Shown here: positions 54,605-63,651 of the stretch, piece after piece
Numbering within the stretch: the first letter of the stretch is position 1
How the letters are laid out: each line of letters begins with the position of its first letter
NCBI GenBank assembly: GCA_963693365.1
Contig: CAVNZM010000014.1
Span: forward strand, 6,758,001 to 6,822,000
DNA from: Amoebidium appalachense
Taxonomy: Eukaryota > Protista > Ichthyosporea
Length of the DNA: 64,000 bases
Direction: 5' to 3'
The notes under the pieces: generated by a model
The model's input: the letters and a program-made list of their open reading frames with translations, nothing else
What the model was told of the DNA's origin: nothing
The model's database searches: none
Program-made: the position numbers and the translations under genes

Positions 54605-57600
54605 CCTTCAGTGCGATGACTTGGTAGATGTCGATACTGTCGGTGTTGATGAAGTCCTTGTGGTACTTCGGGACTACCATGTGGGTGGTGATTCGGGTCT
54701 TGAAGGCCACGTAGGGGTCTGCCCGTATCACCTCCACAGCACGGGTCCACCCCACACACTGCTTGTTGTGGGTGTGATTATCGGCTGGGGGCTCAGGGGG
54801 CTCGTATTTGCTGTTGGTGCTGTCGGTGTTAGAGTCCTCTGAGTCGTCGGAGTCGTCGCTGGGCCCCGTCGACTCCGATTCTGGCTCCGTGTCTAACCCT
54901 TCCCCCTCTCCGTCTGCGTACCCGGGGTTGGGGGAGAGGGTGGCCGGGGTGTAGGCTAGGTTCCATGGGGAGTGGCCGTATTTGCAGTCACCAGGGCAAA
55001 AGCGGAAATGGGCTGTTCCATGTGGGTCGTTCCACGTGGGTCGGTGCCATCTCAGCCCCTCCTCCTCTGTGTTGTCCCGTAGATGGGCTATTTTGACCCA
55101 AGCCTCCCCGTTGTGGGTGGTGTGGGCCACCACCTGGCTGAGTTCGTATTGCCCGTTCTTGACTATTTCCACCACGAATGCACCGACGGGGTGGTTTGGC
55201 ACGAGGTCAATGGTGTGGTGGGTGTGTGGTCTGGGTGCTGGCCGTAGTTTGTCTGCGATGGGGATGGCCCCCTTGATGATGGACCTGTACCACTGTGTAG
55301 CTCCCGGGTGTAGTAGGTCTGGGGGGTGGGGCAGTTCGGGGAACGCCCGGAACACCCCCGGCCGTACCATGGTGTCCTCCACCGTGTAGAGTTGACGGGG
55401 GTGTGTGTGGGGGCCGATGTGGGCCGCAAAGGTGTGGTCCGGGAAAACGGTGTTGATAGGGGTGCTGGTTGTTGTTGCTGCTTCCCCTCCTTCTCCTTGG
55501 GGGGAGGGGGGGGGGGGGGGTGGGGGTGATTGTGTTTTTTGGGGAGGGGTTTCCCCAAGACTCAGGTGCCGCTCGTGAAGGATCCCCGTGATATGGGCCC
55601 AATAGTTGTGGAGCTGCTTTCCCCCTAGCCTGTAAAGTTTGGCTGGGGGTGCTTGCAGGGGTGGGTAGGGTAGGCCTGTCGCGTGTTGCTGCTGCCAGGC
55701 TCGGTACCGGACCACGTCCCCTGCTGGTCCTGGTGTTTCCAGCAGGGCACACAGCTCCGTAACCATGGTGCTGGCTGCTGATTCGACGATGCTGGCCAGT
55801 CCCCCTAGAGTGGGATGGTGTAGCAGCCCGGACGGGGTGCTCCGGTGGAAACCACACTTCCGACGGAGTAGGTCTCTCCACTTGCTGTCGATTGCCTGCA
55901 TGGTGGTGTTGCTGATGACTGACCCTTTGAGGAGGAAGAGGATGGCCGGGGCCACCACACTGTTGGCTACGTAGATCACTTGGCTGGGTGCCAGCATTTT
56001 ACGGGCTAGTATGGTGGTGGCCCGTAATGTCAGCTGCATGGCCTTCCCATCGTTGGGCCGGGTGTGTCGTTGGAGGGTGATGTTGACCCCTAGCACTCTG
56101 ATGTTTGCATCGGGGAGCTCGATCTGAATGGGTAGGGGTGGTGCTCCCGGGGATTTGCGGTACTGCATGGGGGCCACTGTTGCCCGTGTTGGGGTACCAC
56201 GGGCGAGGACTGAAAACTTGTCTGGGTGTGGTTCCAAGTCATGGTAATAAAAAAAGGGGGCAGATAAATCGAGAGTTTGCTGGATGCTCTCCTTGTTGGG
56301 GCCAAACCATGTTGTGTCGTCGGCGAAAGCTACAGACGTCACACACGGGGGTGTTTGTGCCGGTGTGTGGTGCTGTGTCTGTGGGGGTAGGTGGAAAGTG
56401 TACCCCTTGCCGTGCCTTTTGATGGCTGTTAAAACTGGATCGTAGAATATAATCCACAGAATGGGGGAGAGGACAGCCCCTTGGGCCAGGCCGTTTTCAA
56501 CAGGGAAAGACTCAGTGTGCCCCTGGTCTGTGCACACCGTGGCCGTACGACTGTGCCACATGTGCCGGAGGAGGGTGATTAGCTGGGGGTCTGTGCCCAG
56601 GCGGGTGAGCCCCAGTTCCACCGAGGGCCAAGACACCGTGTCATATGCCCTCTTAATGTCCTGTTGGACGATCCATAGTTCCTGGTCGTGGTCTATGGCA
56701 TCCTCTATCGTCTCTCGGATGATAGCCAGCGCCCCGTCGATACCCGGGCCCGGCACGAACCCAAAATTCCCCCCCGGGAGGAGGGTGGGGTACTGCCGGA
56801 AGATCGAGAGTAGGCGCTGGTTGATGACCGATTCTAGCAGCTTCCGTGCCGTTTCCAAGAGTGCTATCGGTCGGGTTTTGTCGAAGTCACCTTCCCATTC
56901 CCCTTTCGGTAGGGGATGGATGGTGTGGTGCAGCCATGACCTCGGTGTGGTCCCCGTGGCCAGACATCCGTTGATGATATGTAGGAGCCATGCTAGCCCC
57001 TTTGGCCCCAGGTGTTGGAAGTATTCGTACTGGATTTCCGTTGGGCCGGGGGCCTTCCCCCCCTGTCGGCTTTGGACGATCTGTTGGAGCTCGTCGTGGG
57101 TGGCCGGGTGCATTGTAGACCCTAATGGGGAGTCTTCGGGGGGGATCGGTCGATAGATGTCGGCCCACATTGGGTCGGCGAGCATCTCCTCGATGTGTGG
57201 GTTCCTGCGGGCCGTCCACCGGTGATAAGTTTCACGAATGACGGGCTCCGTGTCAGCCCACTCCGTGAGGTACTCAGTGCCCGTTGGGGTGACGTGCTTG
57301 ACTAACGTAGCCGAGACGTTCACACTCCCCCGGTCTAAAATGCTGCTTAGTGCTCGCCGGAGTTCGTCCACCATACGCTTGCACCGTGCTTCTGCTGCTG
57401 CTGTTGCCCGTAACCAAAGGAGTTTTTGCCGTTTCCTTCGGAGTTGGGACCTGTATAGTTGTAGTTGCTCCCGCATGGTTGCCTCCCACTCCTCCCACTG
57501 CCTCCCTGTCTGAGACAGGTGGGCTGCTGGGGGGGTGGGGTGCTGCTGCAGGGTGGGTGACCCGTGCCGCGCCTGCTGGCCAGGGTTGCACTCTGCTGCT

Positions 57601-60600
57601 GTGGGCCGTTGCGGCTGCGTGGGTGTGGTCTGTAGCTGTTGGTTGCCCGTGGGTGGCCCTGGCAGGGTCTGCAGGCGGGGTGGCCCCTGCTTTGGCTGCC
57701 GGTGTGGGCTGCCTGCTTGGGCTTCAGCCTGCGGCTGCTGCTGCTGGCTTGGTTGCTCCTGTTGGTGCTGTCGGCTGGGTGGCCCGTGCTGGGCCTGCCG
57801 GCCGGGGCTGCAATCTGCTGCTGCATGCAGCTGCTGCAGTGTGGGTGTGATTTGTTGCTGCTGGCCGGGTAGCCCATGCAGGGCCTGCAGGCTGGGCGGC
57901 CCCTGCTGTGGCTGCCGGTGTGGGCTGCCTGCTAGGGCTGCAGCCTGAGGCTGCTGCTGCTGGCTTGGTGGCTCCTGTTGGTACTGTCGGCTGGGGGGGC
58001 CGTGCTGGGCCGGCCGGCCGGGGCTGCACACTGCTGCTGCAGGCAGCTGCTGCAGTGTGGGTGGGGTCGGTTGCTGCTGGCTGGGTGGCCCCTGCTGTGG
58101 CTGCCGGTGTGGGCTGCCTGCTGGGGCTGCAGCCTGAGGCTGCTGCTGCTGGCTTGGAGGCTCCTGTTCGTGCTGTCGGCTGGGTGGCCCGTGCTGGGCC
58201 GGCCGGCCGGGGCTGCGATCATGCGGCAGCTGGTGCAGTGGGGGTGTGGTCGGTTGCTGCTGGCTGGGTGGCCTTGGCGGGGCCTGCAGGCTGGGTGGCC
58301 CCTGCTGTGACTGCCGGTGTGGGCTGCCTGCTGGGGCTGCAGCCTGTGGCTGCTGCTGCTCGCTTGGTGGCTCCTGTTTGTGCCGTCGGCTGGGTGGCCC
58401 GCGCTGGGCCGGCCGGCCGGGGCTGCAATCTGCTGCTGCAGGCAGCCACTGCAGTGTGGGTGTGGTCGTTTGCTGCTGGCTGGGTGCCCCTGGCAGGGCC
58501 TGCAGGCTGGGTGGCCCTTGCTGTGGCTGCCGGTGTGGGCTGCCCGCTGAGGCTGCAGCCTGAGGCTGCTGCTGCTGACTGGGTGGCTCCTGTTGGTGCT
58601 GTCGGCTGGGTGGCCCGTGCTGGGCCTGCCGGCCGGAGCTGCCCGTCGCTGCTGCAGGCGGCTGCTGCGGTGTGGGTGTGGTCGGTTGTTGCTGGTTGGG
58701 TGGCCCTGGCAGGGCCTGCAGGCTGGGTGGCCCCTGCTGTGGCTGCCGTTGTGGGCTGCTTGTTGGGACTACAGCCTGAATCTGCTGCTGCCAGCTGGGT
58801 GCCTCCTGCTGGTGCTGTCGGCTGGGTGACCCGTGCTGGGCCTGCCGGCCGGGGTTACCCTCCGCTTCTGCAGGCAGCTGCTGCAGTGTGGGTGTGGTCG
58901 GTTGTTGCCGGCCAGGTGGCCCTGGCAGGGCCTGCAGGCTGGGTGGCCCCTGCTGAGGCTGCCGGTGTGGGCTGCCTGCTGGGGCTGCCGCCTGAGGCTG
59001 CTGCTGCTGGTTTGGCGGCTCCTGTCGGTGCTGTCGGCTGGATGGCCCGTCCTGGGCCTGCCGGCTGGGGTTGCAGTCTGCTACCTGCTGCTGCTGCCGT
59101 GTGGGTGTGGTCGGTTGCTGCTGGCTGGGTTGTTCTGGCAGGGCCTGCAGGCTGGGTGGCCCCTGCTGTGGCTGCAGGTGTGGGCTGCCTGCTGGGTCTG
59201 CAGCCTGAGGCTGCTGTTGCTGGCGGGGTGGCTCCTGTTGGTGCTGTCGGCTGGGTGGCCCGTGCTGGGCCGGCCGGCCGGGGCTGCACGCCGCCGCTGC
59301 AGGCAGCTGCTGCAGTGTAGGTGTGGTCGGTTGTTGCTGGCTGGGTGGCCCTGGCAGGGCCTGCAGGCTGGGTGGCCCCTGCTGTGGCTGCCGGTGAGGG
59401 CTGCCTGCTGGGGCTGCAGCCTGCGGCGGCTGCTGCTGGCTTGGTGGCTCCTGTTGGTACTGTCGGCTGGGTGGCCCGTGCTGGGCCGGCCGGCCGGGGC
59501 TGCAATCTGCTACTGTAGGCCGCCGCTGCATTGTGGGTGTGGTCGGTTGCTGCTGGCTGGGTGACCCTGGCAGGGCCTGCAGGCTGGGTGGCCCCTGCTG
59601 TGGCTGCCGGTGTGGGCTGCCTGCTGGGGCTACAGCCTGAGGCTGCTGCTGCTGGCTGGGTGGCTCCTGTTGGTTGGGTGGCCCGTGCTGGGCCTGCCGG
59701 CCGGGGCTGCACGCTGCTGCTGCAGGCGGCTGCTGCAGTGTGGGTGTGGTCGGTTGTTGCTGGCTGGGTGGCCCTGGCAGGGCCTGCAGGCTGGGTGGCC
59801 CCTGCTGAGGCTGCCGGTGTGGGCTGCCTGCTGGGGCTGCCGCCTGAGGCTGCTGCTGCTGGTTTGGCGGCTCCTGTCGGTGCTGTCGGCTGGATGGCCC
59901 GTCTTGGGCCTGCCGGCTGGGGTTGCAGTCTGCTACCTGCTGCTGCTGCCGTGTGGGTGTGGTCGGTTGCTGCTGGCTGGGTTGTTCTGGCAGGGCCTGC
60001 AGGCTGGGTGGCCCCTGCTGTGGCTGCAGGTGTGGGCTGCCTGCTGGGTCTGCAGCCTGAGGCTGCTGTTGCTGGCGGGGTGGCTCCTGTTGGTGCTGTC
60101 GGCTGGGTGGCCCGTGCTGGGCCGGCCGGCCGGGGCTGCACGCCGCCGCTGCAGGCAGCTGCTGCAGTGTAGGTGTGGTCGGTTGTTGCTGGCTGGGTGG
60201 CCCTGGCAGGGCCTGCAGGCTGGGTGGCCCCTGCTGTGGCTGCCGGTGAGGGCTGCCTGCTGGGGCTACAGCCTGCGGCGGCTGCTGCTGGCTTGGTGGC
60301 TCCTGTTTGTACTGTCGGCTGGGTGGCCCGTGCTGGGCCGGCCGGCCGGGGCTGCAATCTGCTGCTGCAGGCAGCTGCTGCAGTGTAGATGTGATCGGTT
60401 GCTGCTGGCTGGGTGGCCCATGCAGGGCCTTCAGGCTGGGTGGCCCCTGTTGTGGGCTGCTGGCGGGGGCTGCAGCCTGAGGCTGCTGTTGCTGGCTTGG
60501 TGGCTCCTGTTGGTGCTGGCGACTGGGTGGCCCATGCTGGTCCTGCCGGCCGGGGCTGTCTGCTGGGGCAGCGGCAGGCCGATGCAGCAAAGTGGGTGTG

Positions 60601-62234
60601 GGTTGGTGCTGCTGGGTGGGGCTGCAATCTGCTGCTGCAGGCAGTTGCTGCCGGGTGGGTGTGGTTTGTTGCTGCTGGCCGGGTGGCCCATGCAGGCCCT
60701 GCAGGCTGGGTGGCCCCTGCGGTGGCTGCCGGTGTGGGCTGCCTGCTAGGGCTGCAGCCTGAGGCTCCTGCTGCTGGCGTGGTGGCTCCTGTTGGTACTG
60801 TCGGCTGGGTGGGCCGTGCTGGGCCGGCCGGCCGGGGCTGCAAACTGCTGCTGCAGGCAGCTGCTGCAGTGTGGGTGGGGTCGGTTGCTGCTGGTTGGGT
60901 GGCCCTGGCAGGGCCTGCAGGCTGGGTGGCCCCTGCTGTGGCTGCCGGTGTGGGCTGCCGGCAGGGTCTGCAGCCTGCGGCTGCTGCTGCTGGCTTGGTG
61001 GCTCCTGTTCGTGCTGTCGGCTGGGTGGCCCGTGCTGGGCCGTCCGGCCGGGGCTGCAATCTGCTGCCGCAGGCAGCTGGTGCAGTGTGGGTGTGGTCGG
61101 TTGCTGCTGGCTGGGTGGCCCAGGCGGGGCCTGCAGGGTGGGTGGCCCCTGCTGTGACTGCCGGTGTGGGCTGCCTGCTGGGGCTGCAGCCTTTGGCTGC
61201 TGCTGCTGGCTTGGTGGCTCCTGTTTGTGCTGTCGGCTGGGTGGCTCGTGTTGGGCCGGCCGGCCGGAGCTGCAATCTGCTACTGTAGGCCGCCGCTGCA
61301 TTGTGGGTGTGGTCGGTTGCTGCTGGCTGGGTGACCCTGGCAGGGCCTGCAGGCTGGGTGGCCCCTGCTGTGGCTGCCGGTGTGGGCTGCCTGCTGGGGC
61401 TTCAGCCTGAGGCTGCTGCTGCTGGCTGGGTGGCTCCTGTTGGTTGGGTGGCCCGTGCTGGGCCTGCCGGCCGGGGCTGCACGCTGCTGCTGCAGGCGGC
61501 TGCTGCAGTGTGGGTGTGGTCGGTTGTTGCTGGCTGGGTGGCCCTGGCAGGGCCTGCAGGCTGGGTGGCCCCTGCTGTGGCTGCCGGTGTGGGCTGCCTG
61601 CTGGGGCTGCAGCCTGCGGCTGCTGCTGCTGGCTTGGTGGCTCCTGTTGGTGCTGTCGGCTGAGTGGCCCGTGCTGGGCCGGCCGGCCGGGGCTGCAATC
61701 TGCTGCTGCAGGCAGCTGCTGCAGTGTAGGTGTGATCGGTTGCTGCTGGCTAGGTGGCCCATGCAGGGCCTGCAGGCTGGGTGGCCCCTGCTGTGGCTGC
61801 CGTTGTGGGCTGCCGGCAGGGGCTTCAGCCTGAGGCTGCTGCTGCTGGCTTGGTGGCTCCTGTTGGTGCTGTCGACTGGGTGGCCCATGCTGGGCCTGCC
61901 TGTTGGGGCTGCCTGCTGGGCCAGCGGCAGGCTGGTGCAGCAAAGTGGGTGTGGGTTGGTGCTGCTGGGTGGATCCGGGGTCCCCCTCCTCCTGATACCA
62001 CCCCGTCTGGGACGGGTGTGCCTGGGGGGAGGGGGGGGGTGTCCTGGGGGGTGGGGGGGATGCCCGGGGGGTTGTTGGGGTCGGCTGTGTACAGTGGGAT
62101 GATGGGACTGCTTGTTGGGGGTACCGGTGGGGGGGGCTCCGGAGGGGGAGGGGGTGCTGGCCAGCCATATTGGACGGCCAGCTCCTTGGCCCTCTCCCAG
62201 AAACCCTGTGGATTTGCCGCCCGGTCCGTTGCAT
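54393..62234 (-). CDS. ORF2 part 2: Q/P-rich tandem repeat plus reverse transcriptase
   Basis: KAPGP, RPIALLETARK, QQDIKRAYDTV, GLAQGAVLSPILW.IFYDP, AFADDT, IRVLGV, LGGLASI. Confidence 0.92.
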   Translation of the reverse strand: MQRTGRQIHRVSGRGPRSWPSNMAGQHPLPLRSPPHRYPQQAVPSSHCTQPTPTTPRASPPPPRTPPPSPQAHPSQTGWYQEEGDPGSTQQHQPTPTLLHQPAAGPAGSPNRQAQHGPPSRQHQQEPPSQQQQPQAEAPAGSPQRQPQQGPPSLQALHGPPSQQQPITPTLQQLPAAADCSPGRPAQHGPLSRQHQQEPPSQQQQPQAAAPAGSPHRQPQQGPPSLQALPGPPSQQQPTTPTLQQPPAAAACSPGRQAQHGPPNQQEPPSQQQQPQAEAPAGSPHRQPQQGPPSLQALPGSPSQQQPTTPTMQRRPTVADCSSGRPAQHEPPSRQHKQEPPSQQQQPKAAAPAGSPHRQSQQGPPTLQAPPGPPSQQQPTTPTLHQLPAAADCSPGRTAQHGPPSRQHEQEPPSQQQQPQAADPAGSPHRQPQQGPPSLQALPGPPNQQQPTPPTLQQLPAAAVCSPGRPAQHGPPSRQYQQEPPRQQQEPQAAALAGSPHRQPPQGPPSLQGLHGPPGQQQQTTPTRQQLPAAADCSPTQQHQPTPTLLHRPAAAPADSPGRQDQHGPPSRQHQQEPPSQQQQPQAAAPASSPQQGPPSLKALHGPPSQQQPITSTLQQLPAAADCSPGRPAQHGPPSRQYKQEPPSQQQPPQAVAPAGSPHRQPQQGPPSLQALPGPPSQQQPTTPTLQQLPAAAACSPGRPAQHGPPSRQHQQEPPRQQQQPQAADPAGSPHLQPQQGPPSLQALPEQPSQQQPTTPTRQQQQVADCNPSRQAQDGPSSRQHRQEPPNQQQQPQAAAPAGSPHRQPQQGPPSLQALPGPPSQQQPTTPTLQQPPAAAACSPGRQAQHGPPNQQEPPSQQQQPQAVAPAGSPHRQPQQGPPSLQALPGSPSQQQPTTPTMQRRPTVADCSPGRPAQHGPPSRQYQQEPPSQQQPPQAAAPAGSPHRQPQQGPPSLQALPGPPSQQQPTTPTLQQLPAAAACSPGRPAQHGPPSRQHQQEPPRQQQQPQAADPAGSPHLQPQQGPPSLQALPEQPSQQQPTTPTRQQQQVADCNPSRQAQDGPSSRQHRQEPPNQQQQPQAAAPAGSPHRQPQQGPPSLQALPGPPGRQQPTTPTLQQLPAEAEGNPGRQAQHGSPSRQHQQEAPSWQQQIQAVVPTSSPQRQPQQGPPSLQALPGPPNQQQPTTPTPQQPPAAATGSSGRQAQHGPPSRQHQQEPPSQQQQPQAAASAGSPHRQPQQGPPSLQALPGAPSQQQTTTPTLQWLPAAADCSPGRPAQRGPPSRRHKQEPPSEQQQPQAAAPAGSPHRQSQQGPPSLQAPPRPPSQQQPTTPPLHQLPHDRSPGRPAQHGPPSRQHEQEPPSQQQQPQAAAPAGSPHRQPQQGPPSQQQPTPPTLQQLPAAAVCSPGRPAQHGPPSRQYQQEPPSQQQQPQAAALAGSPHRQPQQGPPSLQALHGLPGQQQQITPTLQQLHAAADCSPGRQAQHGPPSRQHQQEQPSQQQQPQAEAQAGSPHRQPKQGPPRLQTLPGPPTGNQQLQTTPTQPQRPTAAECNPGQQARHGSPTLQQHPTPPAAHLSQTGRQWEEWEATMREQLQLYRSQLRRKRQKLLWLRATAAAEARCKRMVDELRRALSSILDRGSVNVSATLVKHVTPTGTEYLTEWADTEPVIRETYHRWTARRNPHIEEMLADPMWADIYRPIPPEDSPLGSTMHPATHDELQQIVQSRQGGKAPGPTEIQYEYFQHLGPKGLAWLLHIINGCLATGTTPRSWLHHTIHPLPKGEWEGDFDKTRPIALLETARKLLESVINQRLLSIFRQYPTLLPGGNFGFVPGPGIDGALAIIRETIEDAIDHDQELWIVQQDIKRAYDTVSWPSVELGLTRLGTDPQLITLLRHMWHSRTATVCTDQGHTESFPVENGLAQGAVLSPILWIIFYDPVLTAIKRHGKGYTFHLPPQTQHHTPAQTPPCVTSVAFADDTTWFGPNKESIQQTLDLSAPFFYYHDLEPHPDKFSVLARGTPTRATVAPMQYRKSPGAPPLPIQIELPDANIRVLGVNITLQRHTRPNDGKAMQLTLRATTILARKMLAPSQVIYVANSVVAPAILFLLKGSVISNTTMQAIDSKWRDLLRRKCGFHRSTPSGLLHHPTLGGLASIVESAASTMVTELCALLETPGPAGDVVRYRAWQQQHATGLPYPPLQAPPAKLYRLGGKQLHNYWAHITGILHERHLSLGETPPQKTQSPPPPPPPSPQGEGGEAATTTSTPINTVFPDHTFAAHIGPHTHPRQLYTVEDTMVRPGVFRAFPELPHPPDLLHPGATQWYRSIIKGAIPIADKLRPAPRPHTHHTIDLVPNHPVGAFVVEIVKNGQYELSQVVAHTTHNGEAWVKIAHLRDNTEEEGLRWHRPTWNDPHGTAHFRFCPGDCKYGHSPWNLAYTPATLSPNPGYADGEGEGLDTEPESESTGPSDDSDDSEDSNTDSTNSKYEPPEPPADNHTHNKQCVGWTRAVEVIRADPYVAFKTRITTHMVVPKYHKDFINTDSIDIYQVIALKDGSDPAEQWRKIHHFRRHLPPHQQASPQMLHLQANEEATPLPGDLPGPPPPPAATTGRVTTRTQVHGPPG
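57530..61975 (-). repeat. Coding tandem array, ~216-bp (72-aa) unit, ~20 copies
   Basis: Unit approximately PAAAACSPGRPAQHGPPSRQHQQEPPSQQQQPQAAAPAGSPHRQPQQGPPSLQALPGPPSQQQPTTPTLQQL; an 852-bp higher-order duplication is visible (59101 vs 59953). Confidence 0.93.
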
Positions 62235-63651
62235 TGAGGAGCCGGTGTAGCTCCGCGTGCTCGTTGTCCTCCGGGAAGACCTTCGTCGGTTTTGACGTGG
62301 ACTTCTCTGGTTTGCTCTTGGTCCGGCCCACTGTGGTTTTTGCCACCGAGAGAATGGTGGCGGCCATGTACTCCCATCTCCCTTCCACCTCCGCCTGGGT
62401 AGGGGTGGTGGTTGGGGGGGACGTGAAGGCTGCCTCCGTGCCGGTGGTAAAACGTGCCCAGTCCTCCTGTGTGGTGTTCGGTTTCAGCTGGAGTCTCGGT
62501 GTGGGTTGGTTTCGGGTTGGCCCTGGTCCCTGGCCCGGCAGGTTAGGATGGGGCCCAGTTTCGCACCAGGCCAGGTGGTGGTCGGTGTGAAGATCCGGTA
62601 ATTCCGTGACGGAGGCTGAGACCAGTGCTGGGCGTAACGCCGCCGGGATGTATACGTAGTCGATGCGTGAGCGGTGGGGACCGCTGTGGTACGTATATTC
62701 CCTGGTGGTGGGGTGTTCGGCTCGGTAGCTGTCTATGAGTAGATGGGCGTCCATCAGCTCGTGGAGCAGCCCGGGCACGAGTCCTGTGGGCATTGCCTGT
62801 GCTGAACTGGGGCCGGTTTCGGGCCGTGCCCTGTCCAGAGTAGGGTGGCACACCTCGTTGAAATCCCCGGCCACGATGACAGTGGTGTCGTTGGGGGCCG
62901 GGAGGGAGGTGAGAAATCTGGCTACCTGTGAGGTGAGTCGACGGGCCTGTCTGACGTTTCCCTGTGTTGCATTCGTGTGTTGATAAAGTCCTATCACCCA
63001 CGTTGTGTGCCGTTTTGTGTGATATGGAATAGCTAGCATTCGTGCATTTTTGCTATGTGGTTTTCCTTGGTGTCTAAACCACGTTTCGTTTGTAAGTATC
63101 ACCACCCCCGTGTAGCGGAATCGTGTTTCCTCCTGGGCTAGTGACGGTGTGGTTTGGTCATTGGACGAGCTCTCTGCCACCGGGATACCGGCCTCTGAGG
63201 CAGAGAGTGTTGTGTGTGTGTGTCCAGTGGTGGTGGCTGGTGGGCATACATACGTGGCACGCATGGGGATACCTTCGTTTCGAATGGAAAACTTTGTGCG
63301 TGTGAAGGAGCCCGGGGTGGTCCCGGTCTCCGTCAGAATGACTACGTCCATGTCTGCAAAGGCAGCCCACCTGGCTGCCTCGACGATCTTGTCCTGGCCG
63401 GTACGAGTGGTAGGTCCGGCCAGGTTTAAAGTTCCAATCCGAAGGTGGCTGTGTGGTTTGGCTGGTGGTAAATTTGCGTGGTTGATGGGCGAGACTAGCT
63501 CCCCTTCAAGTGCTTCCAGGGCTGTGTTCTGGTGGATCATGTCTGTGGCCTCTGGACCCGGACTTTGCGCCGTGCCGAGTGTTTGTGTGGTGTCGGGCGC
63601 TACCCCCTTTGCCGGCGCCGGGTGTCCGGGCGGGGGGGATGGGGTCGGCAT
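61825..63651 (-). CDS. ORF2 part 1: AP-like endonuclease
   Basis: IGTLNL, DVVILTETG, IVAGDFN, LIDSYRAEHP..REYTY, SRIDYVY, HTDHH. The real frame probably leaves at the C-run ~62031-62039. Confidence 0.9.
   Translation of the reverse strand: MPTPSPPPGHPAPAKGVAPDTTQTLGTAQSPGPEATDMIHQNTALEALEGELVSPINHANLPPAKPHSHLRIGTLNLAGPTTRTGQDKIVEAARWAAFADMDVVILTETGTTPGSFTRTKFSIRNEGIPMRATYVCPPATTTGHTHTTLSASEAGIPVAESSSNDQTTPSLAQEETRFRYTGVVILTNETWFRHQGKPHSKNARMLAIPYHTKRHTTWVIGLYQHTNATQGNVRQARRLTSQVARFLTSLPAPNDTTVIVAGDFNEVCHPTLDRARPETGPSSAQAMPTGLVPGLLHELMDAHLLIDSYRAEHPTTREYTYHSGPHRSRIDYVYIPAALRPALVSASVTELPDLHTDHHLAWCETGPHPNLPGQGPGPTRNQPTPRLQLKPNTTQEDWARFTTGTEAAFTSPPTTTPTQAEVEGRWEYMAATILSVAKTTVGRTKSKPEKSTSKPTKVFPEDNEHAELHRLLNATDRAANPQGFWERAKELAVQYGWPAPPPPPEPPPPVPPTSSPIIPLYTADPNNPPGIPPTPQDTPPLPPGTPVPDGVVSGGGGPRIHPAAPTHTHFAAPACRWPSRQPQQAGPAWATQSTAPTGATKPAAAASG

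Noticed and set aside
57350-62590. Long plus-strand ORFs (WVA/LLL-rich) over the retrotransposon array
   Set aside because: Antisense shadows of a GC-rich coding repeat, repeatedly broken by stops.
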